This document shows, piece after piece, positions 45,123 to 54,465 of a stretch of 64,000 bases of DNA. Numbering within the stretch: position 1 is the stretch's first letter; every line of letters begins with the position of its first letter. Source of the stretch: Candidatus Hydrogenedens sp. (GTDB taxonomy: Bacteria > Hydrogenedentota > Hydrogenedentia > Hydrogenedentales > Hydrogenedentaceae); NCBI GenBank assembly GCA_049968235.1, contig JBMFRC010000002.1, positions 64,001-128,000 of the forward strand, written 5' to 3'. The notes under the pieces were generated by a model, which did no database searches, was not told the origin of the DNA, and saw only the letters and a list, made by a program, of their open reading frames with translations. Position numbers and translations under genes: made by a program.

Positions 45123-46811
45123 TTGTCAAACGAAATGATGAAACCATGTAAAGAAATTATATACAATTACCACGAACAAACGAAACATAGACCCTATCGT
45201 TATGCCCGTTCATTAGGCTATTTAGACTGGAACAATGAACCCAACCCTTTCCGAAGGTTTCAGAAAACAGAACAAATCAATCTTCCCATTTTACCCCTAA
45301 ATTCATCTCCACCTTTCCATGAAGTATTATTTCAGCCCCAACGCATTACTCCACAGCCCATTCATATTGAAACAATATCTCAATTTTTACTTTTTTCTAT
45401 GGGAATATCTGCATGGAAAGAATATAGCGGTTCTCGTTGGGCAGTGCGATGTAATCCTTCAAGTGGAAATCTACATCCCACAGAAACATACCTCATCTTT
45501 CCACCTCAATTACTTGATAATAACTCTGCTCTTCTTTTACATTACGACCCAGCAGGACACCAATTAGAAAAAAGAGCCATAATGGCTCAAAGCAATTGGG
45601 AAAAACAGGGACTCCCATCCTTTACAGAATATCCCTGTTTTTTCGTCGCACTTACTTCGATAATCTGGCGTGAAGCATGGAAATATGGTGAACGTGCTTT
45701 ACGGTATTGTCTTTTAGATGCAGGACATGCTATAGCATCTCTTACATTTTCAGCCTTATCTCTTGGGTGGAATATCCAATATATAGGAACGAGTTTGCAA
45801 AACTTATCCCTCTCTCTCGGATTAAAACGCTCTGAATATGCACATGTAGAAAAGGAATTTCCTCAAATTCTTCTCATGGTTACTCCTAACAATATAAAAC
45901 AAGAATCACAACTATCCTTTGGGAAAGAATATTATTTTCTTTTCGATAAATGGTTTGGCATCCCTGAAAAGATAAGTCATCAGACAATAGACTGGGATAT
46001 TATTGATAAAACAGTCTCTGCAATAATAGAAAGTTCGAAAAATTTTTATTCATCCAATTTTTGCACTTTTGTTTCTTCTGACAATCAAGAAAAAAACTTA
46101 CCGTATATGTTAGGTTCTACTTCCTCCCCACCGAGTTTCAAATTGTTTCGGCAACGGAGAAGTGCTCATGCTTTCGATGTAAATGCTGTGCTAAACCAGG
46201 ATGATTTTTTTCAAATATTAATAGTAATTAACTATATCTCGCATCACCTTCTAAAAAAAGTCATTCCTCTTGCTCCCCGGATTTCTTTACTGTTTTTCAT
46301 TCATCATGTCGAAAATCTTACACAGGGAATTTATGTATATCCACTAAACCAAAAACATTTCGACAAAACAATCCCATCATTTTTCAATAAAATATACAGA
46401 ATAGAAACGAAAGGAAACTTACCACTTTTCTTATGTAAAAAAGGTAATATGCGTCAGCAAGCAGAATACCTTTGTTGCGGTCAGGAAATAGCTCGCGATG
46501 GAGTTCTATGCACCGGTATATTTACCCATTTAGAAGAAGAATTACAATATGATAACGGGTTTTCTTATGCGACACTTCATTGGGAAGCAGGATTTTTGGG
46601 ACAACTAATTTATCTTGAATCTGAGATTTTCAATCTAAGAGGAACAGGCATCGGTTGTTTTTTCGATGATGAAATCATTAAAATAATGGAGGGGAGCCAA
46701 CAACATAAGATTTTAATAGATTTATTGTATTATTTTGCAATGGGCAAACCTATTTATGATGAAAGAATCAAAACATATCCTCCTTATCCTGAAAAAGAAA
46801 TGAGTATCTAA
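45123..46811 (+). CDS. SagB/ThcOx-type dehydrogenase (tandem nitroreductase-like domains), stand-alone (562 aa)
   Basis: Family-typical start YNYHEQTKH..LDWNNEPNPFRRF..LP. RRSAHAF nitroreductase-like motif in the second half. C-terminal GTGIGCFFDDE. Confidence 0.6.
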   Translation: MSNEMMKPCKEIIYNYHEQTKHRPYRYARSLGYLDWNNEPNPFRRFQKTEQINLPILPLNSSPPFHEVLFQPQRITPQPIHIETISQFLLFSMGISAWKEYSGSRWAVRCNPSSGNLHPTETYLIFPPQLLDNNSALLLHYDPAGHQLEKRAIMAQSNWEKQGLPSFTEYPCFFVALTSIIWREAWKYGERALRYCLLDAGHAIASLTFSALSLGWNIQYIGTSLQNLSLSLGLKRSEYAHVEKEFPQILLMVTPNNIKQESQLSFGKEYYFLFDKWFGIPEKISHQTIDWDIIDKTVSAIIESSKNFYSSNFCTFVSSDNQEKNLPYMLGSTSSPPSFKLFRQRRSAHAFDVNAVLNQDDFFQILIVINYISHHLLKKVIPLAPRISLLFFIHHVENLTQGIYVYPLNQKHFDKTIPSFFNKIYRIETKGNLPLFLCKKGNMRQQAEYLCCGQEIARDGVLCTGIFTHLEEELQYDNGFSYATLHWEAGFLGQLIYLESEIFNLRGTGIGCFFDDEIIKIMEGSQQHKILIDLLYYFAMGKPIYDERIKTYPPYPEKEMSI

Positions 46812-46910
46812 AATTTTTCCTATGAATAAATCAGGTTATAAAATTGTTATCGATAACAGGAGTGAACTAAATTATTCACATTACTAAAAAATAATAAAGA
46901 AAGGTCCATT

Positions 46911-48146
46911 ATGAAAAAATTTTTATCAGCAAAGATTATTGTTTTTTTAGTAATTCTAATATCCACATTTTATTTATTAGGAGGATGTGCTCTTCATTCT
47001 ACACATGTTTATTTAACATGGCAGGGAGACCCTCATACTACAATGACTATCAATGTTCAGTCCTTAGGTAAAGATTATCCTGTAGAAGTTCTTTACGGAG
47101 ATAAAAGTTGTGAAAAAAATCCACAATTATATCCACATCAGGTAAAGGGAGTCTCTAAAGCCATACCAGAAGTAGAACCTAAACGGTGTATTCACACTTT
47201 TGAACTAACCAATTTAACTCCAGGGGCTTTGTATTTTTTCTCTCTCAAAACAATTCAAGGGAAATATTCAAAGGAATATAAATTCCGCACAATTCCTAAT
47301 GACGGTTCAACACTTCGATTTGTTATCGGAGGAGACATGGGAATACTTCCCTCTGCACCTCGTCTCCTTTCTTATGCCGGACAAAAAGACCCCCAATTTT
47401 TAGTTATAGGCGGAGATATTGCATGTGCAAACGGGGATATTAAAAACGATTGGATTTGGGATATATGGTTTAATAACTGGGAAAAGAACATGAAAACCAG
47501 CGAAGGATGTCTTATCCCTGTGATAGCAGGCATTGGCAATCATGAAGTAAATAAAAAAGATGCTACTTTCCCTCCTGAAGAACGCTCACCCTTCTATCTT
47601 GGTTATTTTGCTCAAGGAGGGAAAACCTTCTTTTCAAGAACTTTTAATCCCTATCTTTCTCTTATTGTTTTAGATTCAAATTATGTTACTTCTCTTTCTG
47701 AACAGGTCGAATGGTTGAAAAATACATTACAGTCCTCAACAAGTTACCCCTATATTATTCCTGTATATCATGTGCCTCTGTATCCCAGCCATCGCTCCTT
47801 TGATGGAGACATATCTGTTAATGAAAGGAAATTATGGCTTCCTCTTTTTGATGAATATAAAGTCAATGTATGCTTTGAAAACCATGACCACACATTCAAA
47901 CGGACCAAACCCTTGCGTAATGGGCAGGTAGTCGAAAATGGAACCATATACTTAGGTGATGGATGTTTTGGGGTAAATCCACGAACCATAGAAAACTTTT
48001 CACTGGGCTATCTTGAAAAAGCAGATAGTAAGAGACATTTCTGGTACATCGAAATAAATGCCAGAGAACTAAAGGCACAGGCTATTGATGATAATGGTAA
48101 TCTTTTTGATGAAATAACCATACTCCCCAGAGAAATAAGTTCGTAA
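46911..48146 (+). CDS. Purple acid phosphatase-like metallophosphoesterase, lipoprotein (411 aa)
   Basis: Lipobox LLGGCA. N-terminal FN3-like segment. Calcineurin-like motifs GDMG, GGDIACANGD, GNHE, NHDHTFKR. Confidence 0.75.
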   Translation: MKKFLSAKIIVFLVILISTFYLLGGCALHSTHVYLTWQGDPHTTMTINVQSLGKDYPVEVLYGDKSCEKNPQLYPHQVKGVSKAIPEVEPKRCIHTFELTNLTPGALYFFSLKTIQGKYSKEYKFRTIPNDGSTLRFVIGGDMGILPSAPRLLSYAGQKDPQFLVIGGDIACANGDIKNDWIWDIWFNNWEKNMKTSEGCLIPVIAGIGNHEVNKKDATFPPEERSPFYLGYFAQGGKTFFSRTFNPYLSLIVLDSNYVTSLSEQVEWLKNTLQSSTSYPYIIPVYHVPLYPSHRSFDGDISVNERKLWLPLFDEYKVNVCFENHDHTFKRTKPLRNGQVVENGTIYLGDGCFGVNPRTIENFSLGYLEKADSKRHFWYIEINARELKAQAIDDNGNLFDEITILPREISS

Positions 48147-48225
48147 AATTTACAAGAAACTATCTTTTATCTCATTTTCAATTTAACCCCATTTAACATT
48201 AATAAGAAATCTGTTTTTCATAACT

Positions 48226-48984
48226 TTATTCTTCACACTGTATATAATGGTATAGGTGAAACTGTTTCCCATCCCATTTTATATATGTTTTGTTCTCTAT
48301 CCAATCGCCAGAATTGATATACCAACATTGGCGATTATTAATTTGTATTGTAGAACATTCCGGTCTATGGCAATGTCCCGCTATAACTGCATCACATACA
48401 GATTCTTTTAACTTTTCCATCGCATAAGATTTTATAATTTCAGCCTCTCGATAGTGACCTGACACATTATTTTCTTGTAATCTTCGACTACCTCTGCTAA
48501 GAAATTGTGCCAGACCTATTGCCCAATCAGGATGAATTAAGCGAAAAGCAAAAATGAGAAACGGATTTCTTGCTAAGGTTTTAAATAATCGATACCCCCA
48601 GTCCTTTTTATTAAGACCATCTCCATGAATTAGCATGGTTTTGCATCCATCAAAATCCAATATCGCCCCGGATTGTAAAATCTGGAAGCCAATTTTTTTC
48701 AGATTTTTTCCTGCCCAAAAATCATGATTACCCCCGATAAAGAATAAATTCACACCTCTGCGATTCAGTTCATAAAAAGCACTTAATATCCCAAGATAAT
48801 CGGAAAATACTACATATTTATATTCAAACCAGAAATCAAAGATATCCCCCAAACAAATAATCCGTCGGGGAGGATTATCTATTAGACTAAGCAAGAAAAT
48901 TTCAAATTGTTTACGATGAGATAAATACTTTTCCCCGACTTTTAAGTGGATATCCGATAATATAATATCAAAATTCACAGCCAA
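48226..48984 (-). CDS. lpxH: UDP-2,3-diacylglucosamine diphosphatase
   Basis: ILSDIHL ... LGDIFDFW ... GGNHDFW ... LIHGD ... GHCHRP matches LpxH metallophosphoesterase blocks. About 250 aa. Confidence 0.75.
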   Translation of the reverse strand: MAVNFDIILSDIHLKVGEKYLSHRKQFEIFLLSLIDNPPRRIICLGDIFDFWFEYKYVVFSDYLGILSAFYELNRRGVNLFFIGGNHDFWAGKNLKKIGFQILQSGAILDFDGCKTMLIHGDGLNKKDWGYRLFKTLARNPFLIFAFRLIHPDWAIGLAQFLSRGSRRLQENNVSGHYREAEIIKSYAMEKLKESVCDAVIAGHCHRPECSTIQINNRQCWYINSGDWIENKTYIKWDGKQFHLYHYIQCEE

Positions 48985-49643
48985 CCTATCTTATTTAAGG
49001 GCCAAAAACGAAATACCGCTTTACCTATAATCTGGTCCTCGTTAATAGGACCAAAATAACGGCTATCTTTACTAATTCTTCGGTTATCCCCCAATACATA
49101 GTATTCTCCTGGATGCAAAAATACGATATCCTCTTCAACAGAATTTTTATTTTCTGCCTCCAGATAGGGTTCTTCCAGAAGATTGTTGTTTACATAAACC
49201 CTATTCTTTGAATATTCTACTTTTTTCTGATGCATTTCTTGGGATGCATTTTCAGATGCACTTACTATTTTATTTGATAAGTCCGATGGGAGCATTGCTA
49301 TAACTCTTTTTATATATCTTCGGTCATCCTCACCTTTTCCTTCAAATACGATAATATCCCCTTCGTGTATTCTCCATCGTTCAGGCAATAAAGGAAAGTG
49401 TTTTAAGACACATGGCAGTTTAAACACCAAAATACGGTCTCCTTCATTTAATGTACCTCTCATAGATGGTCCCCAGACCTCATAACCCTCAACAATAAAA
49501 GAATGTGTAAACCAAACACAAAATATAAATAAAAGAAGTAATTTAACAAAAGCGACTATTTCACTTAAAATAGAATCGCCATTATTTTTAGAACTTTCTT
49601 GCGGATTTGAATTATTTTGTATTTCTTCAGTTTCGCTACTCAT
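48975..49643 (-). CDS. lepB: Signal peptidase I
   Basis: TM anchor. S26 boxes GPSMRGTLNEGDRILV (Ser nucleophile), the KRV..GD Lys box, and GDNRRISKDSRYFGPI. Overlaps lpxH by 10 nt. Confidence 0.85.
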   Translation of the reverse strand: MSSETEEIQNNSNPQESSKNNGDSILSEIVAFVKLLLLFIFCVWFTHSFIVEGYEVWGPSMRGTLNEGDRILVFKLPCVLKHFPLLPERWRIHEGDIIVFEGKGEDDRRYIKRVIAMLPSDLSNKIVSASENASQEMHQKKVEYSKNRVYVNNNLLEEPYLEAENKNSVEEDIVFLHPGEYYVLGDNRRISKDSRYFGPINEDQIIGKAVFRFWPLNKIGWL

Positions 49644-49644
49644 T

Positions 49645-50283
49645 TTACAGATAATTTTTAATGGTTTTATTAGGCGACCCCATACGAAATCGCTTGTTTT
49701 TTAAAGCTGATATAAAATCTATCTTATCGGGCTTTTCCATTTCAACCTCTATCCAATATCTGCCCACATAAATTGCTCGATGGGCATCACTCGCACAGAT
49801 TTGCACGCGATTAAGTTTATTTGCCCAGAGACTTGCTTTTTCTTGTTCTGCTACATTCATATTTACACTCATTACCTCCATAGCAGGAATAGGTAATGTT
49901 TCCAAACGATAGTCAAAATGGTGATAGTCTCGTGTTGGATGTGCAGCGATACAAAATCCATCATGTCGTTTTACCTCAGCAATTACTTCTTCCACAGAAA
50001 CAAAACTTTTCCATTGCGAAATTGTTTTTTCCTTCAATCCAAAAACAAGTAAATCACCTGCATCGGTAGTTATCTCTGCTCCTGAGAAAATCGTCAATCC
50101 ATTAACAAATACTTTCTTTTTCAGTTCCTCAATTTCTTTTTCTGTCCATTGATAATGATGTTCTGTAATAACAATCCCATCCAAACCCGTAGATATAGCA
50201 CTTTCCACCATTTCCTCCGGCTCCATCAAACTACATGGGGAATAAACATTAGTATGTAAATGTATATCGAACTTTAAACGCAT
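49645..50283 (-). CDS. PHP-domain phosphoesterase (212 aa)
   Basis: IHLHTNVYSPCS ... IVITEHH ... AAHP PHP motifs. Confidence 0.65.
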   Translation of the reverse strand: MRLKFDIHLHTNVYSPCSLMEPEEMVESAISTGLDGIVITEHHYQWTEKEIEELKKKVFVNGLTIFSGAEITTDAGDLLVFGLKEKTISQWKSFVSVEEVIAEVKRHDGFCIAAHPTRDYHHFDYRLETLPIPAMEVMSVNMNVAEQEKASLWANKLNRVQICASDAHRAIYVGRYWIEVEMEKPDKIDFISALKNKRFRMGSPNKTIKNYL

Positions 50284-50328
50284 AAAAATCCCTTTATTGT
50301 ATTTTAAAAATAATCTTTTCTAAATCCA

Positions 50329-51513
50329 TCAAGATATAAGACTACTTATTCCGTTTAAAAGAATTTGTTCTTCTCTTTGCCAATTATACCTCATTTCTAC
50401 TGCTTTTCGCCCATTTTTTCCTAAACGATTTGCTTCTTCTGGATTTCTGAGGAGAAAAATAATAGCATCTGCAATATCTTTTGGTCTGGTAACATCCACA
50501 CACAAACCGCAATCACTTTCACGAACAATTTTTGATACCTCCACGGCAAAATCAGGAACTATAACGGGTATTTCTTCTCGCATATAATCAAAAAGTTTAT
50601 GGGGCATTGCTAAAGTATGATTTAAAAACCCAGGTTGAAATAGGATTAAACCTATTTTTGATACTCGTATGTATTTAGGCACCTCTTCAAAAGGAACTAC
50701 TCCTAACAGATGCATATTCTCTTCCAATTTCTTGTCTCGTATAGCCTGACGATACTCTTCTTCACTTCCATATACATATTCTCCAAGGATAATACAACGC
50801 AAGTTGGGGATTTCTTTAACAACCTTTTCAACGGCGTCTAATAACTGATAAGAACCCCGTATTGTTCCAAATACACCCTGGTGAATAATTGTAGGTACAT
50901 GGGCATATTTTTCTGTTAATGACATGGGTATATTCGAGCAAATAGGTTGTAAATGATTCGTATTAAGGATAGTAATTTGTGGCGTTTTTATCCCTTTCCA
51001 TAAAGGTCCAAAACTTTCTCGTGTTAGAATTATCATATCTGTCCAGCGGGCGAAAAGTCTCATTATTTTAAGCGTGAAATATTCTACCGGTTTATGCAAA
51101 AATTTTGGGAAAAATTGAGCCATTTTATTTGGATTATGTTCATGCATGTCAAATATCACTTTACTGCCCTTAAGTAACTTAAGCACAAGGGCAGAAACCC
51201 ATGATTCGGGCTCGGGTGCAACATAAATATCCGTAGGGATTTTTCTACCTAATTTCACCAGAGTGTAAACCGATTTTATACGACCCCACCACCCTTTCTT
51301 GTTGGGATAGATAACAAATTGAACTCCTATATCGCTCTCAGGAGGTTCTGTACCGGAATAGGGACAAACAGAACTGACTTTATATCCATTTAACACAAAA
51401 CTGCGTGCCAATTTATGATACATCCTTTTATCATAAGGCTCATGCAAAACATTTAAAAGTGTTATTCTTGCTTTAGGTTTAGACATTCTTCTAATTATTC
51501 CTGATAAGGACAA
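50329..51513 (-). CDS. Glycosyltransferase family 4 (GT-B, group 1)
   Basis: 394 aa. C-terminal GT4-like EX7E region (EEVPKYIRVSKIGLILFQPGFLNHTLAMPHKLFDYMREEIPVI). Confidence 0.65.
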   Translation of the reverse strand: MSLSGIIRRMSKPKARITLLNVLHEPYDKRMYHKLARSFVLNGYKVSSVCPYSGTEPPESDIGVQFVIYPNKKGWWGRIKSVYTLVKLGRKIPTDIYVAPEPESWVSALVLKLLKGSKVIFDMHEHNPNKMAQFFPKFLHKPVEYFTLKIMRLFARWTDMIILTRESFGPLWKGIKTPQITILNTNHLQPICSNIPMSLTEKYAHVPTIIHQGVFGTIRGSYQLLDAVEKVVKEIPNLRCIILGEYVYGSEEEYRQAIRDKKLEENMHLLGVVPFEEVPKYIRVSKIGLILFQPGFLNHTLAMPHKLFDYMREEIPVIVPDFAVEVSKIVRESDCGLCVDVTRPKDIADAIIFLLRNPEEANRLGKNGRKAVEMRYNWQREEQILLNGISSLIS

Positions 51514-51516
51514 TTT

Positions 51517-52242
51517 TTATTGATTACCTGTTTTTTCCAATATAGCGAGAATTTCTTTTATAGCAGAGTCCAATCCAATAAAAAGAGCACGGGCTATAAT
51601 ATCATGACCTATATTTACCTCTTTAAGGCCGGGGATTTTTGCCACAGGTTCTAAATTGCGTATGGTTAAACCATGTCCCGCATGGAGAGATAATCCTAAT
51701 TGCATTGCTACTTTACCGGCTTCATAAAGTCGCTTTAATTCTTTAGCAATTTGCTCTCCTTCTGCGTTTGCATATGCTCCAGTGTGTAATTCAACACTAT
51801 CTGCACCTATCTCCGCACTGGCATGTATTTGTTCAATATCCGGGTCAACAAACATACTTACTTTTATGCCTTTTTCATGCATCCCGTCCACAACTTTTTT
51901 TAATTCATCTTTTTGCACTGCAACATTCAGACCGCCTTCTGTGGTAACTTCCTGACGGTTCTCTGGGACAAGACATACCGTATAAGGGACAATACGATGT
52001 GCAATTTTTATAATTTCAGGGACTCCTGCCATTTCTAAATTCATACGTACCAATAATACTTCTTTCAGTTTTTCCACATCTTTATCCTGAATATGTCGTC
52101 TATCCTGACGCAGATGCACTGTAATTTGATGAGCACCTGCAACTTCACATATCTTGGCTGCAGTTATAACATCCGGCACTTTTCCTTTTCGTGCTTCTCT
52201 CAATGTCGCAACATGGTCTATATTTACACCCAACTCAATCAT
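51517..52242 (-). CDS. pdxJ: Pyridoxine 5'-phosphate synthase
   Basis: LGVNIDHVATLREAR N-terminus, ...HLRQDRRHI, EVNIGH. 241 aa. Confidence 0.9.
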   Translation of the reverse strand: MIELGVNIDHVATLREARKGKVPDVITAAKICEVAGAHQITVHLRQDRRHIQDKDVEKLKEVLLVRMNLEMAGVPEIIKIAHRIVPYTVCLVPENRQEVTTEGGLNVAVQKDELKKVVDGMHEKGIKVSMFVDPDIEQIHASAEIGADSVELHTGAYANAEGEQIAKELKRLYEAGKVAMQLGLSLHAGHGLTIRNLEPVAKIPGLKEVNIGHDIIARALFIGLDSAIKEILAILEKTGNQ

Positions 52243-52263
52243 ATCGAATACCTCCAGATTCGT

Positions 52264-53616
52264 TTAAGGCTTAAGCATTATAGTAATTTTTTCAATCAAT
52301 TTTTTACAATAAATCTCGGCTTTTCTCAGTTCTTCATGCTGTACCATAACCCGAATAATAGGTTCTGTTCCTGAATAACGAATAACTACTTTTCCCTCTC
52401 CATTTAATTCCTTTTCTGCTTCTTCTGAAATTTTATCTAATTGTTCTTTTAGCAATCTTTCTTTCCCTTCACAGGGAATTTTACCATGTTGCTCTGGTAA
52501 AGGCTGGTAAATCTTGCCCAATTCCGAAAGAGGTTGGTCTGTTCGTATCATAATAGATAATACCTGCAAGGCGGAAATCATCGCATCACCTGTTACATTA
52601 TAGTCTAAAAGAACAATATGCCCGGAAGGTTCACCACCTAAATTGGAATTTTCTTTTTTTAACGTCTCTAAAACAGTTCTATCTCCGACACCAGTCCGTA
52701 TTACACGCCCACGATAGGGTTTTATTGCCCGCTCTAATCCTGCATTTGCCATTACTGTAGTTACGAGGGTTTTATTGCCCAATACATCTCTTTGTAAATA
52801 ATCCACTCCTAAAATGGCAAGAATAGCATTTCCATCCAATAATCTTCCATGAGCATCTGCCATCACCAACCTATCTCCATCGCCATCGAAAGCAATGCCT
52901 ACATCTGCTTTTTCACGAATAACCTGTGCTCTCATCTCTTCAGGATATACGGAACCGCAATTATCGTTAATATTTACACCATTGGGCTTATCACCAATGG
53001 GAATTACTTCTGCTCCTAATTCCGATAAAGTATCAGGTCCTACCCGATACATCGCACCATTGGCACAGTCAACAACAATCCGCAAACCATCTAACCGCAT
53101 ACCCTTAGGAAAAGTCGCTTTTACAAACTCAATGTATCTGCCAACCGCATCATCAATTCGCTTCGCAGTCCCGATTTTTTCCCCTGTGGGTCGGAGTTGG
53201 TCCACCTCACCTGTTTGTATTAATCGTTCAATCTCATCTTCAACTTCATCAGGAATTTTGTATCCATCCGGACCGAAAATTTTTATCCCATTATCATAAT
53301 ACGGGTTATGAGAAGCACTTATCATAATTGCTCCATCACAACGTAAACTCCGCATAATATAAGAGACACCCGGTGTCGGCAGAGGACCCGTAAGTAACAC
53401 CCGAACCCCTACGGAACATAACCCTGCGGTTAATGCATTTTCAAGCATATAACATGAACGTCGTGTATCTTTACCAATAAGAATTGTATGCTGGCGGTCT
53501 TCTCGCTGAAAAATAGTACCCGTAGCCCGCCCAATTTTTAAAGCCATCTCGGTAGTCATCGGATAAACATTGGCTACTCCGCGAACACCATCCGTTCCGA
53601 ACAATCGTTTTTTCAT
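52264..53616 (-). CDS. glmM: Phosphoglucosamine mutase
   Basis: LFGTDGVRGVAN. Active-site ISASHNPYYDNGIK. DGDGDRL metal loop. 450 aa. Confidence 0.9.
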   Translation of the reverse strand: MKKRLFGTDGVRGVANVYPMTTEMALKIGRATGTIFQREDRQHTILIGKDTRRSCYMLENALTAGLCSVGVRVLLTGPLPTPGVSYIMRSLRCDGAIMISASHNPYYDNGIKIFGPDGYKIPDEVEDEIERLIQTGEVDQLRPTGEKIGTAKRIDDAVGRYIEFVKATFPKGMRLDGLRIVVDCANGAMYRVGPDTLSELGAEVIPIGDKPNGVNINDNCGSVYPEEMRAQVIREKADVGIAFDGDGDRLVMADAHGRLLDGNAILAILGVDYLQRDVLGNKTLVTTVMANAGLERAIKPYRGRVIRTGVGDRTVLETLKKENSNLGGEPSGHIVLLDYNVTGDAMISALQVLSIMIRTDQPLSELGKIYQPLPEQHGKIPCEGKERLLKEQLDKISEEAEKELNGEGKVVIRYSGTEPIIRVMVQHEELRKAEIYCKKLIEKITIMLKP

Positions 53617-53622
53617 ATTTCT

Positions 53623-54453
53623 TCATCCTTCATCCATTCCATAAATTATAGCCTCGCTCATACGCACAACTCGAACCATTTCTTTTACCTGATGAACCCT
53701 TACCGCATGAACACCTTGAAATACCGCCCATGCAACTGTAGCAGAGGTCCCTTCTATCCTCTGGGTAACAGGCAAATCCAAAACCGCCCCTATTGTGGAT
53801 TTGTTAGAAGTCCCCACCAAAATAGGTAGACCGAATTGAAAAAATTCTCGAATTCGTCGGAGTAAAGTTAGATTTTGTTTCACCGTTTTTCCAAACCCAA
53901 ACCCCGGGTCAAGCCATATCTGATTTCTTTTTATCCCGTGCTTTTCCGCAAAATTTAATCGTTCCTCGAAAAAGGCACATATATCCGAAACGACATCGTT
54001 ATAACGAGGTTCTAATTGCATCGTTTTGGGAGTTCCTTGCATATGCATTAAAACATATTCACAACCTGCTTCCGCGACAACTTCTGCCAGTTCTGGGTCC
54101 AGTCGAAAAGCAGATATATCATTAATCATTGTAACACCATATTTCAAGGCTTTACGAGCTGTATCTGCACGATAAGTATCCACAGAACGTGGAACTGTAA
54201 TATCCTGGAGTTTTTCCAACACGGGCAAAACCCTTCGTTGTTCCTCTTCCAATCCCACAGGTTCGGAACCTGGACGAGAAGATTCGCCACCAATGTCTAT
54301 ATAATCACATCCTTCTTTAATCATCTGAATAGCATGGGCATATGCTTTCTCTATTGAAAAATAATGTCCCCCATCGTAAAATGAGTCCGGCGTAACATTT
54401 AAGATACCAATAACTTTTGTATGTTTTGACATTTTAATCTTTTCCCATCCCAC
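53623..54453 (-). CDS. folP: Dihydropteroate synthase
   Basis: VIGILNVTPDSFYDGG ... DIGGESSRPG pterin-binding motifs. 276 aa. Confidence 0.9.
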   Translation of the reverse strand: MGWEKIKMSKHTKVIGILNVTPDSFYDGGHYFSIEKAYAHAIQMIKEGCDYIDIGGESSRPGSEPVGLEEEQRRVLPVLEKLQDITVPRSVDTYRADTARKALKYGVTMINDISAFRLDPELAEVVAEAGCEYVLMHMQGTPKTMQLEPRYNDVVSDICAFFEERLNFAEKHGIKRNQIWLDPGFGFGKTVKQNLTLLRRIREFFQFGLPILVGTSNKSTIGAVLDLPVTQRIEGTSATVAWAVFQGVHAVRVHQVKEMVRVVRMSEAIIYGMDEG

Positions 54454-54465
54454 TATAAACAGAAA

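Noticed and set aside
45123-46811. TOMM/RiPP biosynthetic cluster around the SagB-type gene
   Set aside because: No YcaO or E1-like gene, nor any Cys/Ser/Thr-rich precursor ORF, lies within 10 kb on either side. Only the orphan dehydrogenase is supported.
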